Assembly: GCF_009914755.1 (NCBI RefSeq)
Contig: NC_060932.1
Reading direction: 5' to 3' (one strand)
Length of the DNA: 64,000 bases
Origin: the human T2T-CHM13v2.0 reference genome, Homo sapiens
Under the pieces are notes generated by a model that worked only from the letters and a program-made list of their open reading frames with translations, ran no database searches and was not told where the DNA came from. Shown here in pieces: positions 10,422 to 24,482 of the stretch (position 1 is the stretch's first letter; the number at the start of each line of letters is the position of its first letter). The translations under genes and the position numbers were made by a program.

Positions 10422-12174
10422 CATGACCTGGAAAGGTCTGTCTGCACAGCCCACTCTAAGATCATGTCCACTGCTGACAGACATTCTAAAACCTACTTGT
10501 ACAGCTGCAAGCTTTGAACAATAGATGTTCCCCGTCAGACATGTAACACTGGTGCCTGTACCCCTGTCTTCTTTTCCATCTTTTTTGTTGTTTTGTTTTG
10601 TTTTGTTTTGTTTTAAAAAATGTGGTAAAATAGACACCTTTTAATTGGACCACATTTTGTCTATCTCGACGTAGGCCTCAGTGTCATCAAGGAGACTCTG
10701 CTTGACATGCAGTCACGGCCATGATCCATCTTCAGAGCTTCTCTTTCTTCCCCAAGGTAAGTCTGTCAGCAGAGAACCCTGACCGCACCCTCATGTGTTT
10801 TCTCCCCCAGGAGGCGCTTGGAAACCACCGTGAATTGGACCGCACTGGGAAACACAGATGAGGAAAGTCAACAACGCTTTGTCCTTCAGTGCCTGGCTCC
10901 TTTTTCAGCTCGTCTTGCGACTCCAGGCATTATGCCTGAAAAGTCTCCCGGACGCCTGTGAGGCTGTAATTCCCTGGGTCCCATTGCCATGTCTCTGGAT
11001 TTGCGAAGATCCACCGCACCTTCTGTGGAACTCCCGTGTCGGTGAACTTTTGTGCCACGGCCCCTAATTCTGCCCATGGTCATCCGCACCTGCACGACTT
11101 AGGGTCCATGTTCCTTGGACGGGAAGAGACAGGCAGGAGTCGGAATGATGAACCAGCACACTGGGGCGTTTTCTCATGTAGCCCAAGTGACCCCATGGTC
11201 TTCTCGAGCTTTGGAACCAGTCGCGTCCCCTTTGACACTGCACCCGGCTCCCAGTCTCTCAATCTTGTTGGCCCTCCGGCGATCTCCCGTTGGATGGATT
11301 GCTCCTGCTGAAACTCGAGTCCCCTTTGATTTGCGCTTCATTAATTATTCATGATTCAGGTTGGAAGGCCTGCTGACGACCCCCTGTGGCCGTTCTCTGA
11401 GCTTTCCTGTCACATCGTTTCCTTCCACGCTCTTTGGTTCCTTATGGTCCTGCTCCTTCTGCTGTCAGAGGAGCAGAGAGTTGATCTTATTCATTCTGGA
11501 TACGGATACTTTCTAGTTGATCTGGATAATCAAGATAACGACCCTCAACAGCGGCGGAAAGGGAGCAGCCAGTTGGTGTGTCTCAGAAAATCCCGCTGAG
11601 TTCCGAGGCCTCCTAGATGTGGAATCCTGCTGAGAGTTGTTCCCAGGTCAGAGAATGGAGAGAGCCTGTGCATGATGGGATATCCCCGCCTAGATCTTTC
11701 AGTGAGTCTCTGCCTCAGCTACTCTTAGGATCAGGGGGAGAACCATGGTGTCAGACATCCGGAAAGAAGACGGGATGAATGTTTTACCTCTGAAGTACAT
11801 CCCAAATGTGGGAGTTAACTTCAGCTTTGCTGGGGTCTATTTGGCCAGTGAAACTCTGCCTGGTTCCTTCGCACATCCGGAAGCCACTTCACGGGGGGCC
11901 GTCGCAACTGGAACCACACACTTGGCATCGGCGGTTGAGCCAAATGGGGACTCGTGGTGCAAGCAACGCTCCCCACGTGTTAGCGTGCGTGAGATTCGGT
12001 TGGCGGAATTTTACTAGGTGCGTGTTGGTAGAGTGGGGCTGAGGTTTTCTTGCTCCTGTGGATGTATAGGAAGTCAAAGGTCCTGCCCAGCCCTGCGGTC
12101 CCCTCAGTCAACTCCGTTTCGGAGACGTAACGATTTGGATTGCCAACAAGTCAAGAAATGTTCAAGCCCTTGGA

Positions 12175-13206
12175 TGTAGGGTAAAGAAAGAGAGATCAGA
12201 CTGTCACTGTGTCAATGTAGAAGGGGAAGACATAAGAGACTCCATTTTGAAAAAGACCTGTACTTTAAACAATTGCTTTACTGAGATGTTGATCATTTGT
12301 AGCTTTGCCGCAGCCCCTTCCTTTGACCCAACTTAGAGCTCACAAAAACCTGTGTTGTATAAAATCGAGGTTTAAGGGATCTAGGGCTGTGCAGGACGCG
12401 CCTTGTTAACCAAATGTTTACGAGCAGTATACTTGGTAGAAGTCATTGCCATTCTCTAGTCTCAATAAACCAGGGGCGCAATGCACCGTGGAAAGCCACA
12501 GGGACCTCTGCCCTTGAAAGCAGGGTATTGTCCAAGGTTTCTCCCCATGTGACAGTCTGAAATATGGCCTCGTGGGATGGGAAAGTCCTGAATGTCCCCC
12601 AGCCTGACACCCGCAATGGGTCTGTGCTGAGGTGGATTAGTCAAAGAGGAACGCCTCTTGCAGTTCAGATGGAGGAAGGCCACTGTCTCCTGCTTGCCCC
12701 TGGGAACTGAATGTCTCGGTGTAAAGCCCGATCGTTCATTTGTTCAACTCTGAGCTCGGAGAAAAGCTGCCCTGTGGCGGGAGGCGAGACATGTTGGCAG
12801 TAATGCTGCCTTGTTATTCTTTACTCCGCTGAGATATTTGTGTGGAGAGAAACATAAATCTGGCCTACGTGCACGTCCAGGCATAGTACCTTCCCTTGAA
12901 CTTAATAATGATATGGATTCTTTTGCTCACGTGTTTGTTTTTTGTTGTTGTTTTGACCTTCCCCTTATTATCACCCTGCTCCCCTACTGCATTCCTTTGT
13001 GCTGAAATAACGAAAATCATAATCAATAAAAACTGAGGGAACTCAGAGGCCGGTGCCGGTGCAGGTCCTAGGTGTGCTGAGTGCCGGTCCCCTGGACCCA
13101 CTGTTGTCTCCCTATACTTTGTCTCTGTGTCTTATTTCTTTTCTCCGTCTCTCATCCCACCCGACTAGAAACACCCACAGGTGTGGAGGGGCAGGCCACC
13201 CCTTCA
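12175..13206 (+). mobile_element. HERV-K(HML-2) LTR5 solo LTR, unit 2
   Basis: Same termini and CTTGGA TSD as 4524-5555. Confidence 0.92.
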
Positions 13207-13820
13207 CTTGGAAAATCAGTTACACACAAACACGGAATGAGAGTCAAAAGACAATATGTCATCTTTTTGAGAATTTTATTCACTTCAAAACACATTAAAC
13301 ACACATATGTACAAAGGCATTCCAGAGCCCAGTTTTCGAGGCTGAGGAAAGACCCCGAGAGCGCTTCGCACAGCACGCTTCCCAGCGTCCGAAACACTGC
13401 TCTCAGGGCGGGGCACAGCGGAAGGGCTGCACCTCTCAGGGTTCCCTAACTTTTCCCTTATTCAGTCATCTAGAGAGCAAATACACAGTAATTCCCCAGT
13501 TTCCTATTGACGTCCCAGCGGAAGTCTGACTCCTGCGCGTCACGCAGTTTCTGAGGCAACGAATCTCTGGCACGGAAGCTTTTCCTGGCGCGTTTCGGGA
13601 GAACCACGCCAACTACAACGTCCCTCACCAGAATTCAATGAGGCAGAGTCCCTGCATCTGCTCCCTGCCTGGCCTGGGCTCCCACATCCACAGAAGCGCC
13701 ACAGCCGGGGAGCTTAGGGGTCACCGCACAGAGTGTGCTCTCTGCTCTGCGCTCCTCAGCCCCACAGTCCCCTCCAAGTCACGGGAGCTGGAGGCCAAGG
13801 AGCCCCTGCCACCTGCAGTC

Positions 13821-16800
13821 TCACTCCAGGTCAGAATCGCTGTCCTCTGAGGAGGAGGAAACCTGAAGGTCCTCATAGAGGACGCTCGGTGGGACACGAA
13901 CACAGGGACCCTCAGACTTCTCTGACACATGAGGGCTCTGAGCGAGGAAGGCTCCCGGCTTCTCAGGAGAGTGAAATGAGGGGGCCGCCAGGAGGCTGGA
14001 GCTCCAGCGTCCGTTTTCCAGTCTCCGGAAGAGCACTCTGAGAGGCTGGGCCCCATCATGGCTGGCCGCTGAGTGATGGGACATGGTGCAGGCCTGGGCA
14101 GTAGGCAGGCAAGGTGTGCTGTGCGGAGGCTGCCGGTCGACGCTGGGCACCTGGGCCGGTGTCCTCCTGCCCATCTGGGGCGACGTACTTGGTCCAAGTT
14201 CGGTTGCGGCTGGCGGAGGTTGGAGATTCTCCGGGGCCCCCAGCTCACCTCCCTGGATGGCGCTTTCGGGGATCTGGAAGGGACCCAGTCTCGGTTTCTT
14301 GGGGAAGTTCAGGCAAGCCTGAATCGGAGCCTGGGCAGGTCTCTTGGCTCCTGGCCCGAAGCTGAGATTGGAGCCTAGGCCCAAGCTGTGTGTGGCGGCT
14401 GGCGGGCAGGGCTGAGAGGACACAGCAGGACGTTTGTCTTGTGCCTGGGGTCTGGCGGCCTGGAGCAGACCGTGGGTTTTGGAGGCAGCCTGGGGAACTT
14501 CTCGGCAGCCACCCTCGGGGCGGCTGTGTGTCGGCTTCACCACGAGGAGAGGCTCGCGGCCCTGGTGCCTGACTGCAGGCTGAGGCATGTCGGCCGCAGC
14601 CCCTGTCTGTCTTTCCTTTGGTCCAAGACTTGAGGAGGAGCTCAGGCTGGCTTTTCTGAGGGGAGACAGTGAAGCCAAGACGGAGCCCCTGCCAGACATT
14701 GCGGTAGCTGAGCGATCAGTGAGGACAGGGTCCAAGCGCGGCCTCTTACTGGTTGTGTGGACCGGCATTGGCCCGCTTGCAACCTGAAAGAGAGGAAACA
14801 ACACAGGTTAGAAGTTCCTCAGCATGGAGCCAACGTGAAAATCAAGCACATCCAAAGACAAGGGGCACACGCCATGAAATTCTTAGTACAGTATCGACAG
14901 GCGGTCCTTGGAAGTAGGGACAGACCCTCCACCTGAGTGCTGATCAGGACAAGACACATGAAAGATGCGCTCTCGAGCTATGTGTAGCTGATCTAAGCAC
15001 ACCATTGTTCAAAAGATCGCGTCTTGGGCATTAACTGGATCAAAGCGCCTCCACTCAGCCTTCCATGAAGTGGAACGGACTAATGCCCTTCCCAAGGCAG
15101 GTTGCTGGCTCAAGGGTACTCGGGACGTCTTCTCTGAACACATGCATGTTCCTGGGTTTCGCCTTCTCCACGTTTGGGGCCTCTGAGGGACTAATTTCCT
15201 CATGCCGCTAGGAACGTGTTGTTGGCAGGCTTGCCATAATTGGACAGAAAGAAAGCAACAGGAAATACGGCATGTTCAGATGCCTTCGCCTGGAATCCAA
15301 TTGACCTGGAAGGATCGTGGAGTCCCTGACCCCAAGAAGGCAAGAAAGAGGGGTTCCCCGATTTCCTCCCGCAGACGGGAAGCTGAAAGGAAATCAACCA
15401 GGGTGACCTAGAGGAGAAAAAGACCAGGGGCCCGGGGTGACACTCGCCCTCAGATAATCAGAAGATTCCGTGGATCCTTTTCCATTCGGCAGCGGCTTCT
15501 CTGGAGGTTTCCCGGAAAACATGTGGAGGAGAGCCTTCCTCTGCGGGTCTTGTTGCCTGCAGAACAGAAGAAGGTCAGGCGGTGCCCCCTGGTTTTCCCC
15601 AGGAGACAGGGAGAACCCCGTCTGGGGCCCAGCCCCATTCCGTGTTTTGTGATACAGAAATGGACATCTGGTGCCCTTTCCGCCTCTGCACCTTCCCTCA
15701 CGTGCCAACCTTCCCATCCTCCAGGTGGCCCTCTAGGCTTCCCAACTAAGGACTGTGATTTGGATTCCATCGCTTTTCCCGCTGTCGTGGGGAACCTGCA
15801 CGAAGCGCCCCCGCCTCTCCCCGTCCCTGAATCTCCCAGAGCCCAAGGAGCTCCTGGGTGTGGAACCCCGGAGGACACGGAGCTCCGGCCTATTTCTCTG
15901 CAGCGTTCCTTCCCTGGCCCGGAGACGGAAAGGCACACGGTGTGCAGGTGCAGAGACACCATGTCCTTAGGAGGCAGTACCCTAAGAGTGGTGAAAACCC
16001 CTCCCACTGCTCACCTTGGTCTCTCTTCCTTCTCTCCCTTATCCTTGTTCAAGGGCCCCGGGTTGGCTTCACCCCGGGGCTTCCATGGTTTCAGGTTTTC
16101 CTTCCCTTCCTTTTTCCCCAAGGTCGCTGGAACCAGGGCTGCCTTCCAGCACTTCATGGGGCACCTGGTACTTCTGGCCGTGTGGCCAAAGGCCCCGCAG
16201 TTTTTGCACTTGAGCTGTGGGTGGAAAGGAAGTGATGTCAGTGAGTGAGCTGAAGCCACAGGCAGCGATCCCACGTCAACATTGGGACGGATTGTGAATT
16301 CAGAGCTGAATAAGGATTCCAAAGAGGGGACACCGGCATGGGGGCCGTTAAGTGCTGGGAGAGTTCGGATACGATGTTCCCTCGCAAAGCCCATGGGACG
16401 GAGGAACTCTGAAAGGAAGGACTCAAGGTTCCAAGGGGCACGATGGTGAAGCCGATGTCAACAACGCAGCCAAACGTGGCTACACAGGACTCTAAGTAGA
16501 AAGGGAGGTTGCCCCCAAGAGTCTCTCAAGGGACCTATCGGGCCGGGGAGAAGGTCCCAAGCCACGCCCACCTTGGATGGGAAAAGCAACCTGGCTGGTG
16601 GTGACAGAACTCTTTGGAATCCAACCCAGTCTCTGAGGACCGTGGGACACCCCCTCCCCCCGTCCCCACCCCCACCCCGATACCCAAGAGATCCAGGGCT
16701 AGACTTACCCTGGGATCTTCTTCATCGGGCGGGGGAGCCCTTGGCCCAACTGGGGCCCTCCGCTGCTTCTGGAGGGTCTGGGCTCTCACCAGTCTCTTGG

Positions 16801-16831
16801 CCCAAGATTTGGGGTCCCGACGTGCCATCAT
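13821..16831 (-). CDS. FAM90A: FAM90A family gene, copy C, complete (exons 16709-16831, 16015-16214, 15448-15556, 13821-14783); extra in-frame ATG at 16837
   Basis: Same exon structure and open frame. A copy-specific substitution creates an upstream MK extension. Confidence 0.9.
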
Positions 16832-17983
16832 CTTCATCTCCTGGGGGTTTTATGACCGCCTTTTTCAGGGGTGGACTGTTGGGCCACCTGAAACACACAG
16901 AAACACACACATGTCGATGGTTAAGCACGTTGGATATTCACACACCCACAGGAAGCCACCTGCTAACTCCCTGCCTGTGTGGTCATGAGGAGACCTCACC
17001 ACCAGTCGGTCAAATCTGTAGAACACAATGTGCTGTGTGCATCCTCGGATACTGTGTGTTCCTCTGCCATGACTACCTAGTCCAAGAGTAAACCCCACCT
17101 GCCACAGGGCCCGTGGCCTAGGTATGGGGGGTTGAGCTTTCAACCCCAAACAAACAACTGATTCTGGAGACTGGACTTAGGTCTCTCACGATTCACTCCG
17201 GTAGAAGACACGGTGATTCTATCTCCCTTGACGGACAGAATGATCGAAGACACAGGGCATGGCGTGTGCCACCCTTTGGCAGGTCTGCTTGAAGTCACGG
17301 ATAAGGGATGCTTCCTGTGACAACTTGAATCGCTACTCTTGCCATTTCATTAGGCAACTTCCAAACACAAATTCATACAGAGAAGTTACCTTCCTCTCTA
17401 CCGCACTAGCAGGTGATGGTCTTTCCTGTTCTATCTTTTGGCTTTAGCTCCAGCACCTCTTTGTTTATTTTCCTGGTATTTTACGCATACCACACGAATT
17501 CATCTGAACAAACGGGGAAGAAGTGCCGTATCGTATCGACGTCTTACACGGCTGAAGGGCAAACCCCCCTTTTTTCCAAAGTCCTTTTTCCGTTTACCCA
17601 CCAATTCAGCAGGCTGCAGTACATTTCTTTTCGCATTCCCATCTTGGTCTTCTCCCACACGTGGAGACGGGTATGTTTTCTCGTTTTCTGTTCCAAGAAT
17701 TACTAGTAACGAGAACACATCCTACCCCACCAGCAAGCCCCAGTGTGATCGGTTTCTTTCGGCCTCCTTTGTCTCTTCCTCCCCCACACCCCCCGCAAAA
17801 ACCCCTCAGGGATTGCGTGAAACAAACAATTGTTCAGCGAAACTAACCTGAAATTACACGTCTACTTTCTTTCCCAGGCTGGCGCTGAGATGGGCAGGTG
17901 CTGCAGCAGCCCGGCTGGAAGCGATGCAGCATCCAGGACGACGGAGGAAGGGGCGGAGAGGGACCTCTGCTTTCCAGGCTGCC

Positions 17984-18072
17984 TTTTATACTGCCTCTGG
18001 TCACCTGACATGGAACGTACCCTAACCTAATCAGTTACCTGTACCTTAATTGCAATTAACTTAATCCAATTA
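17984..18072 (-). promoter_or_regulatory. FAM90A copy C promoter: TATA plus DUX4-type motifs (TAACCTAATCA 18023-18033)
   Basis: Same motif block as copy A. Confidence 0.65.
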
Positions 18073-19825
18073 CATGACCTGGAAAGGTCTGTCTGCACAG
18101 CCCACTCTAAGATCATGTCCACTGCTGACAGACATTCTAAAACCTACTTGTACAGCTGCAAGCTTTGAACAATAGATGTTCCCCGTCAGACATGTAACAC
18201 TGGTGCCTGTACCCCTGTCTTCTTTTCCATCTTTTTTGTTGTTTTGTTTTGTTTTGTTTTGTTTTAAAAAATGTGGTAAAATAGACACCTTTTAATTGGA
18301 CCACATTTTGTCTATCTCGACGTAGGCCTCAGTGTCATCAAGGAGACTCTGCTTGACATGCAGTCACGGCCATGATCCATCTTCAGAGCTTCTCTTTCTT
18401 CCCCAAGGTAAGTCTGTCAGCAGAGAACCCTGACCGCACCCTCATGTGTTTTCTCCCCCAGGAGGCGCTTGGAAACCACCGTGAATTGGACCGCACTGGG
18501 AAACACAGATGAGGAAAGTCAACAACGCTTTGTCCTTCAGTGCCTGGCTCCTTTTTCAGCTCGTCTTGCGACTCCAGGCATTATGCCTGAAAAGTCTCCC
18601 GGACGCCTGTGAGGCTGTAATTCCCTGGGTCCCATTGCCATGTCTCTGGATTTGCGAAGATCCACCGCACCTTCTGTGGAACTCCCGTGTCGGTGAACTT
18701 TTGTGCCACGGCCCCTAATTCTGCCCATGGTCATCCGCACCTGCACGACTTAGGGTCCATGTTCCTTGGACGGGAAGAGACAGGCAGGAGTCGGAATGAT
18801 GAACCAGCACACTGGGGCGTTTTCTCATGTAGCCCAAGTGACCCCATGGTCTTCTCGAGCTTTGGAACCAGTCGCGTCCCCTTTGACACTGCACCCGGCT
18901 CCCAGTCTCTCAATCTTGTTGGCCCTCCGGCGATCTCCCGTTGGATGGATTGCTCCTGCTGAAACTCGAGTCCCCTTTGATTTGCGCTTCATTAATTATT
19001 CATGATTCAGGTTGGAAGGCCTGCTGACGACCCCCTGTGGCCGTTCTCTGAGCTTTCCTGTCACATCGTTTCCTTCCACGCTCTTTGGTTCCTTATGGTC
19101 CTGCTCCTTCTGCTGTCAGAGGAGCAGAGAGTTGATCTTATTCATTCTGGATACGGATACTTTCTAGTTGATCTGGATAATCAAGATAACGACCCTCAAC
19201 AGCGGCGGAAAGGGAGCAGCCAGTTGGTGTGTCTCAGAAAATCCCGCTGAGTTCCGAGGCCTCCTAGATGTGGAATCCTGCTGAGAGTTGTTCCCAGGTC
19301 AGAGAATGGAGAGAGCCTGTGCATGATGGGATATCCCCGCCTAGATCTTTCAGTGAGTCTCTGCCTCAGCTACTCTTAGGATCAGGGGGAGAACCATGGT
19401 GTCAGACATCCGGAAAGAAGACGGGATGAATGTTTTACCTCTGAAGTACATCCCAAATGTGGGAGTTAACTTCAGCTTTGCTGGGGTCTATTTGGCCAGT
19501 GAAACTCTGCCTGGTTCCTTCGCACATCCGGAAGCCACTTCACGGGGGGCCGTCGCAACTGGAACCACACACTTGGCATCGGCGGTTGAGCCAAATGGGG
19601 ACTCGTGGTGCAAGCAACGCTCCCCACGTGTTAGCGTGCGTGAGATTCGGTTGGCGGAATTTTACTAGGTGCGTGTTGGTAGAGTGGGGCTGAGGTTTTC
19701 TTGCTCCTGTGGATGTATAGGAAGTCAAAGGTCCTGCCCAGCCCTGCGGTCCCCTCAGTCAACTCCGTTTCGGAGACGTAACGATTTGGATTGCCAACAA
19801 GTCAAGAAATGTTCAAGCCCTTGGA

Positions 19826-20857
19826 TGTAGGGTAAAGAAAGAGAGATCAGACTGTCACTGTGTCAATGTAGAAGGGGAAGACATAAGAGACTCCATTTTG
19901 AAAAAGACCTGTACTTTAAACAATTGCTTTACTGAGATGTTGATCATTTGTAGCTTTGCCGCAGCCCCTTCCTTTGACCCAACTTAGAGCTCACAAAAAC
20001 CTGTGTTGTATAAAATCGAGGTTTAAGGGATCTAGGGCTGTGCAGGACGCGCCTTGTTAACCAAATGTTTACGAGCAGTATACTTGGTAGAAGTCATTGC
20101 CATTCTCTAGTCTCAATAAACCAGGGGCGCAATGCACCGTGGAAAGCCACAGGGACCTCTGCCCTTGAAAGCAGGGTATTGTCCAAGGTTTCTCCCCATG
20201 TGACAGTCTGAAATATGGCCTCGTGGGATGGGAAAGTCCTGAATGTCCCCCAGCCTGACACCCGCAATGGGTCTGTGCTGAGGTGGATTAGTCAAAGAGG
20301 AACGCCTCTTGCAGTTCAGATGGAGGAAGGCCACTGTCTCCTGCTTGCCCCTGGGAACTGAATGTCTCGGTGTAAAGCCCGATCGTTCATTTGTTCAACT
20401 CTGAGCTCGGAGAAAAGCTGCCCTGTGGCGGGAGGCGAGACATGTTGGCAGTAATGCTGCCTTGTTATTCTTTACTCCGCTGAGATATTTGTGTGGAGAG
20501 AAACATAAATCTGGCCTACGTGCACGTCCAGGCATAGTACCTTCCCTTGAACTTAATAATGATATGGATTCTTTTGCTCACGTGTTTGTTTTTTGTTGTT
20601 GTTTTGACCTTCCCCTTATTATCACCCTGCTCCCCTACTGCATTCCTTTGTGCTGAAATAACGAAAATCATAATCAATAAAAACTGAGGGAACTCAGAGG
20701 CCGGTGCCGGTGCAGGTCCTAGGTGTGCTGAGTGCCGGTCCCCTGGACCCACTGTTGTCTCCCTATACTTTGTCTCTGTGTCTTATTTCTTTTCTCCGTC
20801 TCTCATCCCACCCGACTAGAAACACCCACAGGTGTGGAGGGGCAGGCCACCCCTTCA
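19826..20857 (+). mobile_element. HERV-K(HML-2) LTR5 solo LTR, unit 3
   Basis: Same termini and CTTGGA TSD. Confidence 0.92.
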
Positions 20858-21471
20858 CTTGGAAAATCAGTTACACACAAACACGGAATGAGAGTCAAAA
20901 GACAATATGTCATCTTTTTGAGAATTTTATTCACTTCAAAACACATTAAACACACATATGTACAAAGGCATTCCAGAGCCCAGTTTTCGAGGCTGAGGAA
21001 AGACCCCGAGAGCGCTTCGCACAGCACGCTTCCCAGCGTCCGAAACACTGCTCTCAGGGCGGGGCACAGCGGAAGGGCTGCACCTCTCAGGGTTCCCTAA
21101 CTTTTCCCTTATTCAGTCATCTAGAGAGCAAATACACAGTAATTCCCCAGTTTCCTATTGACGTCCCAGCGGAAGTCTGACTCCTGCGCGTCACGCAGTT
21201 TCTGAGGCAACGAATCTCTGGCACGGAAGCTTTTCCTGGCGCGTTTCGGGAGAACCACGCCAACTACAACGTCCCTCACCAGAATTCAATGAGGCAGAGT
21301 CCCTGCATCTGCTCCCTGCCTGGCCTGGGCTCCCACATCCACAGAAGCGCCACAGCCGGGGAGCTTAGGGGTCACCGCACAGAGTGTGCTCTCTGCTCTG
21401 CGCTCCTCAGCCCCACAGTCCCCTCCAAGTCACGGGAGCTGGAGGCCAAGGAGCCCCTGCCACCTGCAGTC

Positions 21472-24400
21472 TCACTCCAGGTCAGAATCGCTGTCCTCTG
21501 AGGAGGAGGAAACCTGAAGGTCCTCATAGAGGACGCTCGGTGGGACACGAACACAGGGAGCCTCAGACTTCTCTGACACATGAGGGCTCTGAGCGAGGAA
21601 GGCTCCCGGCTTCTCAGGAGAGTGAAATGAGGGGGCCGCCAGGAGGCTGGAGCTCCAGCGTCCGTTTTCCAGTCTCCGGAAGAGCACTCTGAGAGGCTGG
21701 GCCCCATCATGGCTGGCCGCTGAGTGATGGGACATGGTGCAGGCCTGGGCAGTAGGCAGGCAAGGTGTGCTGTGCGGAGGCTGCCGGTCGACGCTGGGCA
21801 CCTGGGCCGGTGTCCTCCTGCCCATCTGGGGCGACGTACTTGGTCCAAGTTCGGTTGCGGCTGGCGGAGGTTGGAGATTCTCCGGGGCCCCCAGCTCACC
21901 TCCCTGGATGGCGCTTTCGGGGATCTGGAAGGGACCCAGTCTCGGTTTCTTGGGGAAGTTCAGGCAAGCCTGAATCGGAGCCTGGGCAGGTCTCTTGGCT
22001 CCTGGCCCGAAGCTGAGATTGGAGCCTAGGCCCAAGCTGTGTGTGGCGGCTGGCGGGCAGGGCTGAGAGGACACAGCAGGACGTTTGTCTTGTGCCTGGG
22101 GTCTGGCGGCCTGGAGCAGACCGTGGGTTTTGGAGGCAGCCTGGGGAACTTCTCGGCAGCCACCCTCGGGGCGGCTGTGTGTCGGCTTCACCACGAGGAG
22201 AGGCTCGCGGCCCTGGTGCCTGACTGCAGGCTGAGGCATGTCGGCCGCAGCCCCTGTCTGTCTTTCCTTTGGTCCAAGACTTGAGGAGGAGCTCAGGCTG
22301 GCTTTTCTGAGGGGAGACAGTGAAGCCAAGACGGAGCCCCTGCCAGACATTGCGGTAGCTGAGCGATCAGTGAGGACAGGGTCCAAGCGCGGCCTCTTAC
22401 TGGTTGTGTGGACCGGCATTGGCCCGCTTGCAACCTGAAAGAGAGGAAACAACACAGGTTAGAAGTTCCTCAGCATGGAGCCAACGTGAAAATCAAGCAC
22501 ATCCAAAGACAAGGGGCACACGCCATGAAATTCTTAGTACAGTATCGACAGGCGGTCCTTGGAAGTAGGGACAGACCCTCCACCTGAGTGCTGATCAGGA
22601 CAAGACACATGAAAGATGCGCTCTCGAGCTATGTGTAGCTGATCTAAGCACACCATTGTTCAAAAGATCGCGTCTTGGGCATTAACTGGATCAAAGCGCC
22701 TCCACTCAGCCTTCCATGAAGTGGAACGGACTAATGCCCTTCCCAAGGCAGGTTGCTGGCTCAAGGGTACTCGGGACGTCTTCTCTGAACACATGCATGT
22801 TCCTGGGTTTCGCCTTCTCCACGTTTGGGGCCTCTGAGGGACTAATTTCCTCATGCCGCTAGGAACGTGTTGTTGGCAGGCTTGCCATAATTGGACAGAA
22901 AGAAAGCAACAGGAAATACGGCATGTTCAGATGCCTTCGCCTGGAATCCAATTGACCTGGAAGGATCGTGGAGTCCCTGACCCCAAGAAGGCAAGAAAGA
23001 GGGGTTCCCCGATTTCCTCCCGCAGACGGGAAGCTGAAAGGAAATCAACCAGGGTGACCTAGAGGAGAAAAAGACCAGGGGCCCGGGGTGACACTCGCCC
23101 TCAGATAATCAGAAGATTCCGTGGATCCTTTTCCATTCGGCAGCGGCTTCTCTGGAGGTTTCCCGGAAAACATGTGGAGGAGAGCCTTCCTCTGCGGGTC
23201 TTGTTGCCTGCAGAACAGAAGAAGGTCAGGCGGTGCCCCCTGGTTTTCCCCAGGAGACAGGGAGAACCCCGTCTGGGGCCCAGCCCCATTCCGTGTTTTG
23301 TGATACAGAAATGGACATCTGGTGCCCTTTCCGCCTCTGCACCTTCCCTCACGTGCCAACCTTCCCATCCTCCAGGTGGCCCTCTAGGCTTCCCAACTAA
23401 GGACTGTGATTTGGATTCCATCGCTTTTCCCGCTGTCGTGGGGAACCTGCACGAAGCGCCCCCGCCTCTCCCCGTCCCTGAATCTCCCAGAGCCCAAGGA
23501 GCTCCTGGGTGTGGAACCCCGGAGGACACGGAGCTCCGGCCTATTTCTCTGCAGCGTTCCTTCCCTGGCCCGGAGACGGAAAGGCACACGGTGTGCAGGT
23601 GCAGAGACACCATGTCCTTAGGAGGCAGTACCCTAAGAGTGGTGAAAACCCCTCCCACTGCTCACCTTGGTCTCTCTTCCTTCTCTCCCTTATCCTTGTT
23701 CAAGGGCCCCGGGTTGGCTTCACCCCGGGGCTTCCATGGTTTCAGGTTTTCCTTCCCTTCCTTTTTCCCCAAGGTCGCTGGAACCAGGGCTGCCTTCCAG
23801 CACTTCATGGGGCACCTGGTACTTCTGGCCGTGTGGCCAAAGGCCCCGCAGTTTTTGCACTTGAGCTGTGGGTGGAAAGGAAGTGATGTCAGTGAGTGAG
23901 CTGAAGCCACAGGCAGCGATCCCACGTCAACATTGGGACGGATTGTGAATTCAGAGCTGAATAAGGATTCCAAAGAGGGGACACCGGCATGGGGGCCGTT
24001 AAGTGCTGGGAGAGTTCGGATACGATGTTCCCTCGCAAAGCCCATGGGACGGAGGAACTCTGAAAGGAAGGACTCAAGGTTCCAAGGGGCACGATGGTGA
24101 AGCCGATGTCAACAACGCAGCCAAACGTGGCTACACAGGACTCTAAGTAGAAAGGGAGGTTGCCCCCAAGAGTCTCTCAAGGGACCTATCGGGCCGGGGA
24201 GAAGGTCCCAAGCCACGCCCACCTTGGATGGGAAAAGCAACCTGGCTGGTGGTGACAGAACTCTTTGGAATCCAACCCAGTCTCTGAGGACCGTGGGACA
24301 CCCCCTCCCCCCGTCCCCACCCCCACCCCGATACCCAAGAGATCCAGGGCTAGACTTACCCTGGGATCTTCTTCATCGGGCGGGGGAGCCCTTGGCCCAA

Positions 24401-24482
24401 CTGGGGCCCTCCGCTGCTTCTGGAGGGTCTGGGCTCTCACCAGTCTCTTGGCCCAAGATTTGGGGTCCCGACGTGCCATCAT
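21472..24482 (-). CDS. FAM90A: FAM90A family gene, copy D, complete 464 aa (exons 24360-24482, 23666-23865, 23099-23207, 21472-22434)
   Basis: Same exon structure and open frame. Confidence 0.9.
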
